Positions 11,270-23,696 are shown, numbered from the stretch's first letter. The stretch is 64,000 nucleotides of DNA from Dicyema japonicum (GCA_011109175.1 RDEW01000020.1:800514-864513), one strand, 5' to 3'. Notes: generated by a model not told the origin, from the letters alone. Numbers and translations: made by a program.

Positions 11270-11990
11270 ATATTTGTTCAGCATCTGAGAAGACTGAGAC
11301 ATTGAAGCGCCGGATGTAGACATTCCAGATGAAGTAATATTTGTTTTCCAATTGATATGAACATTTTCGGAGGTGGGAAGGGGCTCTTCCTTATGATAGC
11401 CTTTACGACGTTCCACTTTCGAAGCCCCTTGGTAAACACTTCCTCCGTGTGACAGAAGAACGTCATTAAAGAGTCGAATTTTACTCCAGGGATCTTCTGG
11501 ATTCGCGTAGAAGGGATAGGAATGTTTCCAAAGAAAATCTCGAGTCTACCTTTAAATTTCGTGTCTGTAGTGAATAGTCCGAAGAGCCTCCCCAGCTTTA
11601 AACGCGGAACCAGCAAGCCTCGACTGGGAAACGGTGTTGGTACAGGGCCCATCCAAAATCAAGTATTTCCTTCTAGAGAAGGTCAGTCATCCTGTCTGGG
11701 CGCTTTCTATCTCGACTATCCAGGCCCATCGGTTCTAGAGATGATGGGAATCCAGTCGCCTCAAGAGAGCGCTTCACAACACCGTTGATTGCTCCATTCC
11801 TCGGGAACCAGCCTCTGCTGAGACAGCAAGAGAACGGATGAAGTCTTTTGCAGTCCACAACAGATCCACAACGCATTGGATGAGGCTAACACAGGTCGAT
11901 CCGAGACAGATTGATATCCCATTCTGAGGGCGTCCTGTTCAAGAAGGGAACCAATTGACGATGATGGGAGAGCGTTCAGCTAAGCACCGC
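11270..11990 (-). mobile_element. Fused I-group LINE RT fragment (about 11270-11600) and CRE-like RLE fragment (about 11610-11990)
   Basis: KIPGVKFDSLMTF...RKWNVVKAI (post-RT region); VVKRSLEATGFPSSLEP...KRPDRMT (RLE). Confidence 0.75.
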
Positions 11991-12049
11991 TCTGATTACT
12001 AAATCATTAATGAAATAAAATATATTCATCTAGGTTATTGGTTAAACTG

Positions 12050-12635
12050 ATTATTATTGACTCTAGAATCATCATCTACATTGGGAGTCAAAGATCCTTC
12101 CAATTGGAGACCATCAGGAAATGAGAGCCCTGCAGTTCCTCTCCAAGCCTACAGTCTAGAACATCCCTGCCACTCCCTATGCAAGCCGCAAAACAAAAGG
12201 AAAATTATATGACAACCAGTGACCTGTCTCGGATGTTATCATCCATTCCTTCCATCCCCAATGAGTCGTCTAAAACAGATACACGATTTTGGTTCTACGA
12301 GAAGCATCCGAAGACTCAGAGACAATAAAATATTACAGCGACCCCCTCCTCCAATAGACCAATCAGAATCCTTTCTTTCAAGGGACGTGCGAGTAAACCT
12401 GGCTCGTCTACGATGTGGGCACCACCCATATCTACCAGCTTATGATGTACTCTGCCCCTTTTGCAACCTCCACGTGCTAACAACAAATCACCTATTTCAA
12501 TGTCATGAATTGACACAACATTTTTCCACAATGCCGGAACTGACGGATCTATGAGAGCGACCAACATCTGCTGCGTACTACTTAATAGCTGCTGTTCTTC
12601 TGCAAGTTAGTGAGGCTGGGGTTACTTAACTAACT
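12050..12635 (+). mobile_element. I/Jockey-group LINE 3' end with CCHC-like domain and (TAAC)n tail
   Basis: PPPPIDQSESFLSRDVRVNLARLRCG...CPFC...TTNHLFQC, ending ggggttacttaactaactaag. The same tail occurs on the minus strand at 39965-40060. Confidence 0.8.
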
Positions 12636-12964
12636 AAGAATCATGTTTTTATGAAGCAAAAAATGGAACATTTGCTATAATTATTGTATAACCCGAATGC
12701 ATAATTAGAATTATAATCATTGATACATGTTGTTTTCCTATCTTAATTTTAGACTTTATCTATGTTTTATCTCCATTTCTTGTAACATTTGAAGGACCAA
12801 ATGGCAAACTAAAAACACAGAAAAGTTCGAGTTTTTAGGGTTTAAGAAAATTTTTAAAGGAAAAAGGCAAAATATGAATACCTGTCTAAGGCAAATAGCA
12901 TTAAACTTAGTCTACCATTTATAATGATGATGTGATTTTATAACCACAAATATAAATAATTAAG

Positions 12965-13850
12965 CGATTAGGGTTCGGAATTCGCAACCCTGTAGACATA
13001 TTGCTCCTCTTCGCTAAGGGCCTGTACACCCTGTCTAGAGGATTCTACAGTCCCTCTGAATTCTCAAATGACCAGAACGACGATCATGCTCGTGAGGCCT
13101 GGAGTCGTACCTATTAGTTTTTCCAACCTTCAATTTTCTCTCATTGGGGTCTCGACAATTCTACATGCCGGAGGTCTTTTAAATATCTGCTAATGTCATC
13201 GAACCAAAACCTCCGTGGCCTGTTTGTTGTCGGAGCGGTGCCTGGCTCAACGCCATTCTTAATGGTGTTTTGGGTATCTTTTGGATGATAAATGCATCCG
13301 TTTTGGAATCTCATTACGACTCGGATTAAAAGTCTGTGTCCGAATTCCTACTGATTTGAAGCCCAGATCGACTTTGCAGAAAGAGTGCAGGTAGATTTCC
13401 CAGACACATAACCTAGAACGAAGTCGTGAGGCGAGTTTTGGACGCCGTCTGACAACCCTCCATGCTCGAGCAGTCGCTCTTTGCAGGTTTGATGGGAAAC
13501 GACAAGATGAGATGACTATCTTCCGCTTTGAAGCTGGGAAACCTCTTGTCTAGAACGTCACCTGCACAAACACGTTTGCCCGGATGTAACTTGTATCAGA
13601 GTTCCTCTGGAGTCTGTTCAGGTCGCTGAGAAAGCGAGATGTTGAAACGGACAAATACGTGCCTACTAAGGATTTGTGTTTGTTCCACTCGTGTGAGATG
13701 TCTGGTTTCCTTACTCCTATTAGACTGGAATTCTTGAGTCGTCTAGGGAATTAGATTTCTGCACGATTAGAAGATCCCTGTGAGCGCTGTTGGCTCCGTC
13801 ATCCTAAGGGGGAATAGCCACGCAGTAAACTCTCTGTATGATTTTTTGTT
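12965..13850 (+). mobile_element. CRE-like retrotransposon 3' part (thumb and RLE), degraded
   Basis: GIRNPVD; SGAWLNA; DGKRQDEMT; FVPL; IRS...GNS. Confidence 0.8.
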
Positions 13851-13959
13851 TATTTTATTCTGTCATTAATGAATCGATTTATTTAAATAAATTTTTTTAA
13901 GTTTAAAATTGGAAAATTACGTTTAAAGTGTTCCAAATAATAAGTTATGAAATAATAAT

Positions 13960-14003
13960 TTATGTAAAAGGGTTCCAGGAGCACGTTGAGGTGCAACCAC
14001 TAA
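13960..14003 (+). mobile_element. Orphan hAT 3' terminus related to 4233-5104
   Basis: aaaagggttccaggagcacgttgaggtgcaaccact resembles aaaagggttccgcgagcatttaaggttggaaaccattg. Confidence 0.5.
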
Positions 14004-14039
14004 ACAGTCTAATTATTTATTTAATTACTAAGCATAGAT

Positions 14040-17000
14040 TTGTCGAGTAGGTTCATAAAGGTCGTTTTCTGTCGTCGTTTATTTAATTTTACCTTTAAAA
14101 ACTGTCCTGGTTGTTAAGGGCGATGACCCCAATCGTTGCTTTTTTCATTTACTTTAGTCCGGTACCTCAGTCTCTTCTGTATATCGCGGATTCCTGTTGA
14201 ATTTAACAACGTTTTGGTAGATTTCAACCAGTCGACCACTAGCTGCTTAAATTAGTACGATCGATCCATTCATTTCAGTGCTCTTGCATTGATCTATTTT
14301 CTGGTATCCACGTGGGTTATTTCAAGGTCGATCGCAGAAATCTGGTCGTTTCTGATGAATGTCTGAAGAAAAGTATCTCTCTTTACAGAGGGGACTACTG
14401 TGGAAGACTTTGTGTCAAATCTGCCAAAAATTCATTGACAAAAAAAGGTTCCTTACTTTTATAATCCCAGACTATCCTTATTCTCAATGTTGTGAAATCT
14501 ACCAACGTTCTTTTTCGGTAATAACTTCCACGTGGTCTCCGCCGCTGGTTCGATATGCTCACAATGCTCAGAGTTGTCTAATATTCTGAGTTTAGGCATT
14601 TGGAGGACAGTTTGGACACAATTCAGTCAGATTCCCAGGTTGTGTAATTCCACTGTGGAGTGTTCTGTTCACCAAAGTTGTGTGCAAGCTATGACCGGCC
14701 TTGTGGTGGACTAGCATGGAAGTATCGACGCGGTACCGTCCTCTCTTTTAGTTGAAGTGAGTGGATGGAGCTTCTACTTCCCTTCCACCAAAGCTAAATC
14801 CTGGAAGTCCAAGAAAGAGTGTATTTTTAGGCGATAATACTTTTTAGAGCTGTTTCTTGAAGAACTTTTGTAAAATTTTTTTGATGTTGATTTGTTCACA
14901 GAGGAGGAAGTCGTCCCTTGTTGGAATCCTATCTTGAGTCTGAGTTGACTCCAGTAATTAATCAAGTTAAAAAAGAAAACACCGATTCCTGGTGGGTAGC
15001 TGATTTTTTGTAATTTAGAATCGATTTGGACACGTGTCGCAATCCAGAGTAAGGCCACATTCATAATGACAATGAGACATTAAGTTTTCGAGATTGAACT
15101 ACAATTGGTACGTTTGCCCTATAGTAGTCTTTCTAATCGGGATGAGATGCTCCCAAGCGGTAACCAATGGAAGAATTCACATGCCTCGACATTAACATCA
15201 TTCAGAAAATTAGTAGTTTTCTTATTTCCTTTTTTTTATTTATTTAACATATAACCACAGGAGATCTGGATTCGTATCTATTTTTACCTCCCCCATCTTT
15301 AGAATTTTAGCGGAATTAGGTTTTTTCCAGTAAATCTTCCAAAAAATTGTTGGAGTTTTCGAACCAACACCAATGTGCATATCTTTGTCCGGAGTCTCTC
15401 TTGAAAGTGATGCCAGGCTCAACGCTATTCCAAACGGAGTACTCAAAAGTTTTTTGACGACTATTCGATTCAAGTCTGGGTCTCACTCGACTTGGACTAA
15501 AGATCTTTGTGTCAAACGAGTGCAGATGGGGTGATCACATTAACAGTTTTTGACAACTGGTATGAAGTATGAAGAGGCTCAAAGTGAGGCGTTTAGTTTT
15601 CCTAATGTAAGCATTTAAGGCTGGATGATATCCACAGCAGATGAGTTAGATAGACCCAAATTTCCTGAAGTAATGTAGTTTTGCTTAAATCGATATTTGG
15701 TGTAGAGACAACTCAGGTTTAATGGCATTTGTGGCGGTCCATTCATGCCTAAAGTCGTGAAGAATCAATATCAGTTTGCTGAGAATACAACAATCTGACG
15801 CTGGATGAGTTCGAGTATTGGATGATCAGGCATATCACACTTTTTGATAAATTTCAAGCTGAGCTCGAGAAAATGAATTGGATGGGATGATTCTGTGAGT
15901 CTCATGTGGGGGTGGAGTAGATTTCAGGCATCCGGTTATTTTTATGAGAGGAGTGTTCTGAATCGTCTAGATTTTTTGCGATTATTTGAAGAGATGCAAC
16001 TTCCCAGCAAAAAACGGATTAGTTCATTGTTGTGTGAATGAAGTTTCTATAAGTGATATGCTCTAAAGGAAGTGCCAGTAGTTTCTATCTTAAATTGACA
16101 GCGGTCAGTACTGAATAGGCTTATTGACGACTTTTCAAGGAAAGACTGAGGATATTTTGGTTCAACCAGTAGGAAATTTTGTAATATGTTTTCGGAGAAC
16201 TGTAGAAGTGGTGGATGCATCACAGTGATGTGAAGCAATTACAACGTCATTGATATAAGAAAAAAGTATTGTATTTGGGTTTGTCGGTAAGCTTAATAAA
16301 TATAAGGCAGGAGAAGGCAAGCCTTAAGGAGGACTTCATTGGGAAGGTATGGATAACGAGAGTAGGTTGATACAATAGAAGATCATCCAAGACAGTCAAA
16401 GAAGAAAGTGAGTAACTATATTTTCAAACGGGGGAGGATATCAGTCTCAAGGATTTTCTTGTTGAGAACGTGCCACAATTACTAGTCGAAAGCTTTGTTG
16501 ATATCGATAGATGCAACAGCTCTTGAGGTTTGTGATTTTTATGACATTGGTGACGGTAAGAATTGAGTTGCTTTGAAGTGAAGATAACAAAGAGGAATGA
16601 TAGCGGAATTCTTACAAATCATTGATACCGACCGATCCAAAATAAATGAACTGATGAGATTGATTAGTGCGAGAATTTTATTCAGGCATAGATTTTGAGT
16701 GACTTTTAAAATTGAATTCCATAACACGATAAGTTTGGAATTTTTCTCGATATGAGGTATCCGACAACAAAGGTTTTTTGAGGTATGAAGGTGACTGATC
16801 TTGGTGTAATGACTCATGAGTGGGTTGGTGTGATTGAGGAAAGATTTCACTTATTTGTTTTTAGATAGTCCAGTGCCATCAATCGATAAACCTGTACAGC
16901 AACATCAAAAATGTAAAAGGAAGCAAGGTCTTTGAAGTTCGGTGAAATGTCAGTGTCCAAGTCGAGAGATATAACGAATGTGCTAGAATAACCTGGTCAT

Positions 17001-17100
17001 CAATACAGAATCTGGAGATCACGTTGGTTCGGCTTGTTAGAAGCAAATCAAGTAATATGATGAGTGTTGAAGTCTCCACAAAATGGTGTGTTCCATTAAG
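14040..17100 (-). mobile_element. Long degraded I/Jockey-group LINE (APE and RT)
   Basis: Frame-broken APE-like peptides at about 16500-17100, YRPISL-like and RT motifs at about 15200-15750, and C-terminal remnants down to about 14040. Confidence 0.6.
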
Positions 17101-17149
17101 AAAAGAGTATAAGGTTTGGTGTGTAGTCATTCAGACGAGGCAGAAGAAA

Positions 17150-17780
17150 TATATGCTGGAAATGTTGAATAAAGTTTGCTTGATCTTCACTTGAAGTTCT
17201 TTGGTCAACGAATTCCAATTACTTGAGTTGATTTCGGTGGTGTGTCCAGGTTTTCTACTTTTCTCTAAAAATTCCCCAAGTTTCAGAGATGTAAGTTAGG
17301 ACTGGGAGAACGAATGAGTTGTAAAGTCTCGTTTTTGTTCTGAGATATTTTTCTTTCGGAAATAATGACATTTTCCTTAATGTGGCCGTCGCTAAAACCT
17401 TTCTGTGTATTTATCTTCTAAGTCTCCCAATATTGATCCTAGCTTCATCCTGCGTCTTACATCGCGAAAAAAATGATAGGAGAAAAAGGAGATGGATTAT
17501 TGAGCGTATTTTTTGGGGTAGACGATATTAATTAGAGGTTTTCTTGTTTTATGAGTCAGTTTATGCCTTGCTCTCTTCGTTAGCTTCCTCATCCTTAAAG
17601 TTCTTGTACTCTAAAATTAGTCGAGGATTAGAATTTTTCAAATTTTATAGTTTTTAAATATTTTCAACAATCTGCCTTTCTTTGCTCAGAATATCATTTG
17701 TCCCCTTCTGAACTGCAAACCTGACTTCTCCGTGATCTTTTCCGAGGGTAACTTAGTCTGAATATACGCGTCATTAACTT
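17150..17780 (-). mobile_element. RTE-clade RT C-terminal fragment
   Basis: KTRLYNSFVLPVLTYISETW, homologous to IRMYNAFVKPVLTYNAGTW of the intact RTE copy. Confidence 0.7.
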
Positions 17781-17834
17781 AAGATCTTCTTTCGATGTCA
17801 AGTAGCTGCTTGAAATGTGAAATGGTGACGAGTG

Positions 17835-18025
17835 GCACAGTCATCAGTGAATACTTTACAGCGGAATAGGATCGTCCACAAAAGACTCACACATAGCAAA
17901 AATAAAAGTTAAAGAACATTGCTTGGTGTCCTCACTTTCGACAATTAGTCAGTATAACTGTTCTTTACTCTAATGAAGTGTGTGTCCGGCCTATGCGGAA
18001 ATATAAATACTACGACTCCTAAAAT
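17835..18025 (+). mobile_element. SINE family 1 copy
   Basis: gtcatcagtgaatac...gcggaataggatcgtc...ataactgttctttac...gtgtgtgtccggcctatgcgga. Confidence 0.7.
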
Positions 18026-18324
18026 CCTTTGAACTTTTGGCTGGAAGAGATCCTACGTATATTGACCCTTCCTTCGTTCAGAATTTCGAGTTTTCATATA
18101 TCTCCCCAAGATAGCCACCACCTCTATGTTTGCTGGAAGAAGGAAGACGAGGGCTTTTATACAAAATGAAACTGGTATATATTTCCCGAATAGAGGCTGA
18201 GAAGGAAGAAATACACCAAGACTCCCAGGACAGGGTCACGTTCCAGGCTGTTATGGTGGATCAATTGGAGGAATAAGCGAGAAATCTCCTCACTTATTCA
18301 AGTAGCTAAGGCGTCTGGTTGCTC

Positions 18325-18525
18325 TCAATAGTTTACGTAGAGTGGCCGTAAATTTTCTAGTGGTCCTACTTTCTTTTTTGGTTTTTGAGTAAGAATTAAG
18401 AATCCTTTTGCCGGCGGTAATGACTTATTTGTGAGGAACTTGTTGTTTAGGATGTTTGGGATTATGGTAAAGGTACTCTGATACATATTGTAGCAGTATC
18501 TGGCAGATGTCACCGGATCCTGCAT
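18325..18525 (-). mobile_element. RTE RT fragment
   Basis: GFLILTQKPKKKVGPLENLRPL, like GTLIPIQKPNKPKGPLESLHPV of the intact copy. Confidence 0.7.
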
Positions 18526-18959
18526 AAATCAATATTCACCAAGCAGAAATTGTATTCTTCCTGTCGAAAGAAATTTAATTAAACGCTACATTTATTAAGT
18601 TCTACATTTATTAATTCTCTCCCACGATGTGGATTAAAAGGCACTCACTATCTTTTTTCTCGACTATTACTCCACCTTTAGCTATTAAAAATCCGATGGC
18701 ACGTAGGAAGGAAAGCTATTTGAGTCCTATGAGGTTTCGGTTGCTACTATACCTTATGAATGGAGATCAACATAAAAGTTAAAAATACTATGAGAACATT
18801 TAATTTGCTGTTCCGGCAAGTCAACCAAAAGGATGCTTCAAATGGTGATCCTAACCTATAACAGGAATATTAAAGACTGTAATTTTTCGTATATAAAACA
18901 TTTTTAAAATTAAATAATAAATAATCAGTTTGGTAACAAGTTACAATTCTTTCAAAATC

Positions 18960-19890
18960 TATAAGTCAACCTAAATACAACATAGCTCTAAAAAATCTCC
19001 TTTCTCTGTGTTCCTCCCAAGAACCGACGCACTTCATCCATGAATGAGACACTTTTCGTAATTTCGGAGATGGCAATCGGACTCCGGTTCTCCTAACAAG
19101 TTCCTCGAACAGAGTTGGCATAAGAACCTTTGTATGGCCCTCATGACTGTTTCTTGGAAAGAATTGATTTTCTTTAGGTTCGTATAGGATAGGTTTGTGC
19201 CCCATTCCGCACAGCAGTTGATTGTCGGTTGAATGTATTGCGTATAAAGGTAGTTTAATGTTGAATATAACAGTTTTCGTTAGGAGGAAGAAATGACGTT
19301 GCTGACATGCTTGCTCTAAGTCATAAGGGGTCGTATGTGATTTCCAGTATTTTGTAGAATTCGTGAGGGGATTGACATTGCATAAAGGGCAGAAGAGTTT
19401 ATTAGTCCTCATAACCCAACAGCTTATGTTGTCCAGAGACCTCATCTTTGCAATGTGTTTTTCCCTTGTGACTACGCATGAACGTACAGGACGACTGACT
19501 GATTTTTCAGAGCCATATTTTCGTGATCTGGAGTCTAGTCTCATGTGGCCTCGAGAGATTGATTTCAGACCTTCGAGGCATACACGTCCCCTTCGTCCAA
19601 AGCTTGAGCTTCCATGGGATCTCCAATTGAAATATTTTTCTCGACAGAATCTTCATGAGACTGAGTCAAAAGCTTTGTGTATATCGATCGAGCAGAGCAC
19701 TGTTTTGAAATGTCTCAGCCTGTTTGCAAATCCGACCCGAATGAAGTCGGTCAATGTTTGTTAGTATGTAGACGTGGATCTCTCATATTTAAATCCGTGT
19801 TGAAAAAACTTCTCTGTAAAAATTCTTCTGTTCTCTCGAGCAAAAGCCTCTCCAGGTTTTAACATGGAACATAGTAGTGGCACCGGTCTA
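18960..19890 (-). mobile_element. I-group LINE family A remnant
   Basis: Aligns with 55370-56560. Peptides MRLDSRSRK...KMRSL and FCPLCNVNP. Confidence 0.75.
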
Positions 19891-19938
19891 AAGACGTTTT
19901 TAGTTAAAAAAGTAATTTTTTAAATAATTTACTACGAT

Positions 19939-20339
19939 CTGGCGACGGGAAGAGGCCGGATGGAATGACGTTATTCCCATACTCCCACGGAAAATCACTC
20001 GTCTGGGACGCCTTCTCAGGAGCCAGATTACTGACGGCGACGCACTCTCCTGGAGACGCAGCCGACCAGGCGGAGGTCAAGAAGATCCATAAGTACGAAT
20101 CCTTCGGAGACCATCACCATTTCTCCCCCATTGCTGTGGATACAACTTGAACTGTAGGCGCGAAGACGGACGCCTTTCTCCACAGCATTGGAAGCAAACT
20201 CGCCTCAAAAAGGTGCGAGCCACGAGAGGGACTCTGGTTGAAGCAGAGGCTCGAAATGGCGATTATCAGAGGTAACGCCTTCGCCATTCTGTCGTCCTAA
20301 TTATTGTCTAAATTAATTTATTTATAGATTAAAATTAAC
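19939..20339 (+). mobile_element. Young 5'-truncated CRE-like insertion (RLE only)
   Basis: DGKRPDGMTLFPYSHGKSLVWDA...QRLEMAIIRGNAFAIL. 12-bp TSD ATTTACTACGAT at 19927-19938 and 20340-20351. Confidence 0.9.
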
Positions 20340-20386
20340 ATTTACTACGATTAACTTTATTAATTTTTTGAATTTTTTTATCTTAT

Positions 20387-21990
20387 TATTATTACAGCAC
20401 TTATCGCCTTGCCATAATAGTTATAGCAAAGCATGTGCAATACAAGAAACAATGTTATTAGTTAGCCTCTTCCATCCTCCACGGTTACACGCAGTCGATC
20501 TCAGCATGTCCAGATCGTCTCCCGTCTTTAGGCATTTCTTCATCCTTTGGAGGTCTTTGTGCAGCATGATAGGTAGGGTCATCCTTGGTCTGCCACGGAA
20601 GCATTTGCCCTCGAACATGAAATGGTCCTCCATCGCCACATTAGCCGGGGCAGCAAGATCCATGCGTAGTACGTGACCAAACAGTCTCCACCGGGCGTCA
20701 GTGATATCCAGGCTTAGAGGCCTACTCTTGCATTTTTTGTAAATACCGGTATTCGAGATTCTGGCTGGCCACTGCATGCCAAATAATACTCTAAGCTGTT
20801 TTCTGTGGAACCCATCGAGAGCCATTGATTCCGCACCTGTACAGGCCCAAGTACCAGCATTGTATGTCAGTACCGGTTTCACAAATGCATTGTACATGCG
20901 TATCCGCAGATTGACATCTAGTCCTTTCAGCCATCCCTTTTTGAGTTTTCGCATTGCTACTCCTGCAAGTGTTTTCCTTTTGATGATGTCTTCTGTGTCC
21001 CCCAGTAGGGATCCAAGCTTATTAACATGTCGCCAACGTTCATTAAGGATGTTGTCCATTCTTTTGATTTCCGTGATTTCCGTTTTGGCCCGGTTAACGA
21101 TGAGGAACCATTCCCCCAGTTTGTCCGGTGCATTTTCCAGCAGATGTGTGAGAGCTTCTGTATCCTCGGATATAAAATCCACATCATCCGCGTATACGAC
21201 TTCGTTTATTTTTCCTTCATAGCAAGTTCTTAGATCCTTTAGTGCAGCTTCGAGATATATCACAAATAGTAAGGGGGAGAGGGAGTCTCCCTGAGGAGTG
21301 CCGATTGTAGTTTTGAATGGTCGGGATAGAGTTCTCCCAATTCGGACTGACAGTTCAGTACTTGAGAGAAGTACTCTGATTATCCGTAGCAATGATTGGT
21401 CCACAAATTGATGAAGGACAACCATTAGCTTGTGTCGGCTAATGGTGTCGAAAGCTCTTGACATATCGATCCCCAGGATGGTCGTGGCATTTTTGTATCT
21501 TTGAGCCGTTGCACACCGCCACCTGTGGCTCCACAGAATGTCCGCTGTCGACCTTCCTTCACGAAATCCACTATGGCATGCTGATAGGTAATTTCCTGCA
21601 GGATGTTTTAAGCGGTCCAAAGCAACAGATGCGAGAACTTTTGGTAATGTGTTTAACAATATGACTGGGTGTAGGCTTTCTAGTGGTCCCTTTGGTTTGT
21701 TAGGCTTTTGTATAGGTATCAATGTCCCTTTCCCCAGTGGTAGGACAGAGTTGGATGTAAACATTCCATTTAACAATGTCGCAATGGTTTCGAATAGACG
21801 CATAGGTCCATATTTCAGCAGTTCGGGAGGGATGTTGTCTGGTCCAGCGCTCCTGTGATTCTTCAGCTTGCTGCACGCACTCTGAACTTCCTTAGATGTG
21901 ATAATTGTTTCCAGCATCCGCGGTTCTCCGATGAAAGGGACCAGTTCTTGGCCGTTCGCATTGAACAGTTTTTCAAAATGGGCAGCAATC
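20387..21990 (-). mobile_element. Young 5'-truncated RTE-clade LINE
   Basis: (TAA)n tail. 12-bp TSD TTTTTATCTTAT at 20375-20386 and 21991-22002. Uninterrupted RT ORF. Confidence 0.93.
20421..21917 (-). CDS. RTE-type reverse transcriptase, 498 aa, lacking the APE domain
   Basis: AGPDNIPPELLK, GFREGRST, DMSRAFD, GTPQGDSLSPLLF, YADDVDF, KLGSLLG, RWRLFGHVLR, RGRPR. Confidence 0.95.
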   Translation of the reverse strand: MLETIITSKEVQSACSKLKNHRSAGPDNIPPELLKYGPMRLFETIATLLNGMFTSNSVLPLGKGTLIPIQKPNKPKGPLESLHPVILLNTLPKVLASVALDRLKHPAGNYLSACHSGFREGRSTADILWSHRWRCATAQRYKNATTILGIDMSRAFDTISRHKLMVVLHQFVDQSLLRIIRVLLSSTELSVRIGRTLSRPFKTTIGTPQGDSLSPLLFVIYLEAALKDLRTCYEGKINEVVYADDVDFISEDTEALTHLLENAPDKLGEWFLIVNRAKTEITEIKRMDNILNERWRHVNKLGSLLGDTEDIIKRKTLAGVAMRKLKKGWLKGLDVNLRIRMYNAFVKPVLTYNAGTWACTGAESMALDGFHRKQLRVLFGMQWPARISNTGIYKKCKSRPLSLDITDARWRLFGHVLRMDLAAPANVAMEDHFMFEGKCFRGRPRMTLPIMLHKDLQRMKKCLKTGDDLDMLRSTACNRGGWKRLTNNIVSCIAHALL

Positions 21991-22039
21991 TTTTTATCTT
22001 ATCTACAAATAGATAAAAAGATTTTTTGGTTGAGGTGGT

Positions 22040-22590
22040 GACGTCCCTTTTGAAAAGTATGTCTGAAAAACACGAAAATTGCAACCTAAATGAATTCTCT
22101 CTTTTAACGTTCAATGTCAAAGGACTCTCTAGTGCATGGAAAAAGAAAAGAACTTTTAACGTTCAATGTCAAAGGACTCTCTAGTGCATGGAAAAGAAAA
22201 GAACCTTTCAAAATACAAGATATCAATCGGATGTCTCTAAGAGACAAAAATATCGAAGGAGTTTGAAATCTTATACAAGAGAACAGGAACTGAGCCAATA
22301 TCATGTGAGATTACTGATTCAAGATGGAGGCTCTTTGAACACATACTCCGCCACGATATGGGGACCCCTGCCAACATAGCAATGGAGGAGTATTTTGTCT
22401 TAGAAGCTTCTCGTTTCCGCGGCCAGCCGAGGACAACACTGCCGGTTATTCTAGATGAAGATCTCAGGATACGCTACGGAACATGGCAACGGATCGAAAA
22501 AGATGGGGGACGTTAATTAGATTGTTAACTTTTCGTGTTGCACATGCTTTGTCATGATCTTGGCATCGCGTACGTGCCTATAATAATAAT
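22040..22590 (+). mobile_element. Internally deleted RTE derivative (APE N-terminus joined to RTE 3' end)
   Basis: TFNVKGLSSAWK...ETKI (APE start) followed by RGQPRTTLPVILDEDL and a gcacatgc...taataataa tail. 52-bp tandem duplication at 22101-22204. Confidence 0.7.
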
Positions 22591-22619
22591 ATCTACAAAT
22601 ACTCCACGTTTTGATTACT

Positions 22620-23130
22620 GTTCGTGGTTAAACAGCTTAATATCTTTAATCTAACTCGAAATAGTGATGAATCTATTAATTTTTTAAAAGAAAATGGATT
22701 ATTCTTAATAAAAGATATTTTGAATGGTATTGTCTATTTAATTAGCGATAGGCTGCAAAGGAATGGTCGTAGAAATATAGAAAGTATATTTTCTAACGAA
22801 AAAAATAATTGTGGACGATTATTCACACAGCAATAGACTTTGTGCGGAATTTGCAGGGAAACTAAAGAATGTTTCCTCATGAAAATTCCAGATCGCTCCA
22901 TGAATACACTTACAAAGCGATAATCGACAATGTGGAAGTTGGCTCAACACTTATATCAGATTATTGGCGATGATATTCTACCAACAATCTTCAAGATATA
23001 GGTTTTGTACACACTCAATCATCTTATAACTTTATTGACATGTGTACTGGGGACCATACATAACATATAGAAAGGTTCTAATCCCATCAACAATATTGCA
23101 AAATGTGTGGTGGTGCTAAATGACGGAACA
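22620..23130 (+). mobile_element. Second Merlin-type transposase remnant
   Basis: CGICRETKECFLMKIPDRSMNTL, VEVGSTLISDYWR, NFIDMCTGDHT-HIER. TIRs not identified. Confidence 0.8.
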
Positions 23131-23354
23131 AAAGGGAATAGGAACATCACATCATAATCTAGACACATATTTCGGTCCCAATCCAACCATAACTCTAACC
23201 CAAGCCTAATCTCTAGCCACGAATTCGACGTAATATTAATACGGAATTTCCTGTCATTATTACTAAATATTAATTATAAAAACTAAAATATTTATTATTA
23301 AATTTTTGAATAAACTGGTAGAGAACACTAGGGTCCAAATAAAAGTGGTGTGTG

Positions 23355-23695
23355 AAAATATAAGCCGCGTGGCGCCATGTTGTGCTGCGTGGTTAATTTG
23401 TTGAAGTTCTATGCTTGCTTGTCTTTTCCTCCTCTCTCTTCCTACTAGACTGGCGTCATGTGATCCACCCGTCTAGGTGGCCCCCAGTGCCAGGCCGGCA
23501 CAAAAAAGGATCATTTGCTCTCCCCCACTCCACTGGAGGGGTTTCCACAACTGCATGTAATGTATGTCCTACCTTTTATGCTGATTCCGGATAGACTCTG
23601 TTTCTGTAGAAGTGGAAACTGGATACACTTAATTAGTTGTTTACTTTAACTTCTTTCTCGGTGTATCCGGGGTTAATAAATAAAATAAATAATAA
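23355..23695 (+). mobile_element. SINE family 2 copy
   Basis: Shares ctccactggaggg and actttaacttctttc..ggt.tatccg.ggtta with 38975-39215, and its 5' part with 820-975. Confidence 0.6.
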
Positions 23696-23696
23696 A

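Noticed and set aside
12968-12975. TTAGGGTT at the 5' edge of a CRE fragment as a telomerase addition
   Set aside because: Reads as LGFGIR, the expected (L)GGLGIR coding motif; an 8-mer like this is also expected by chance in 64 kb.
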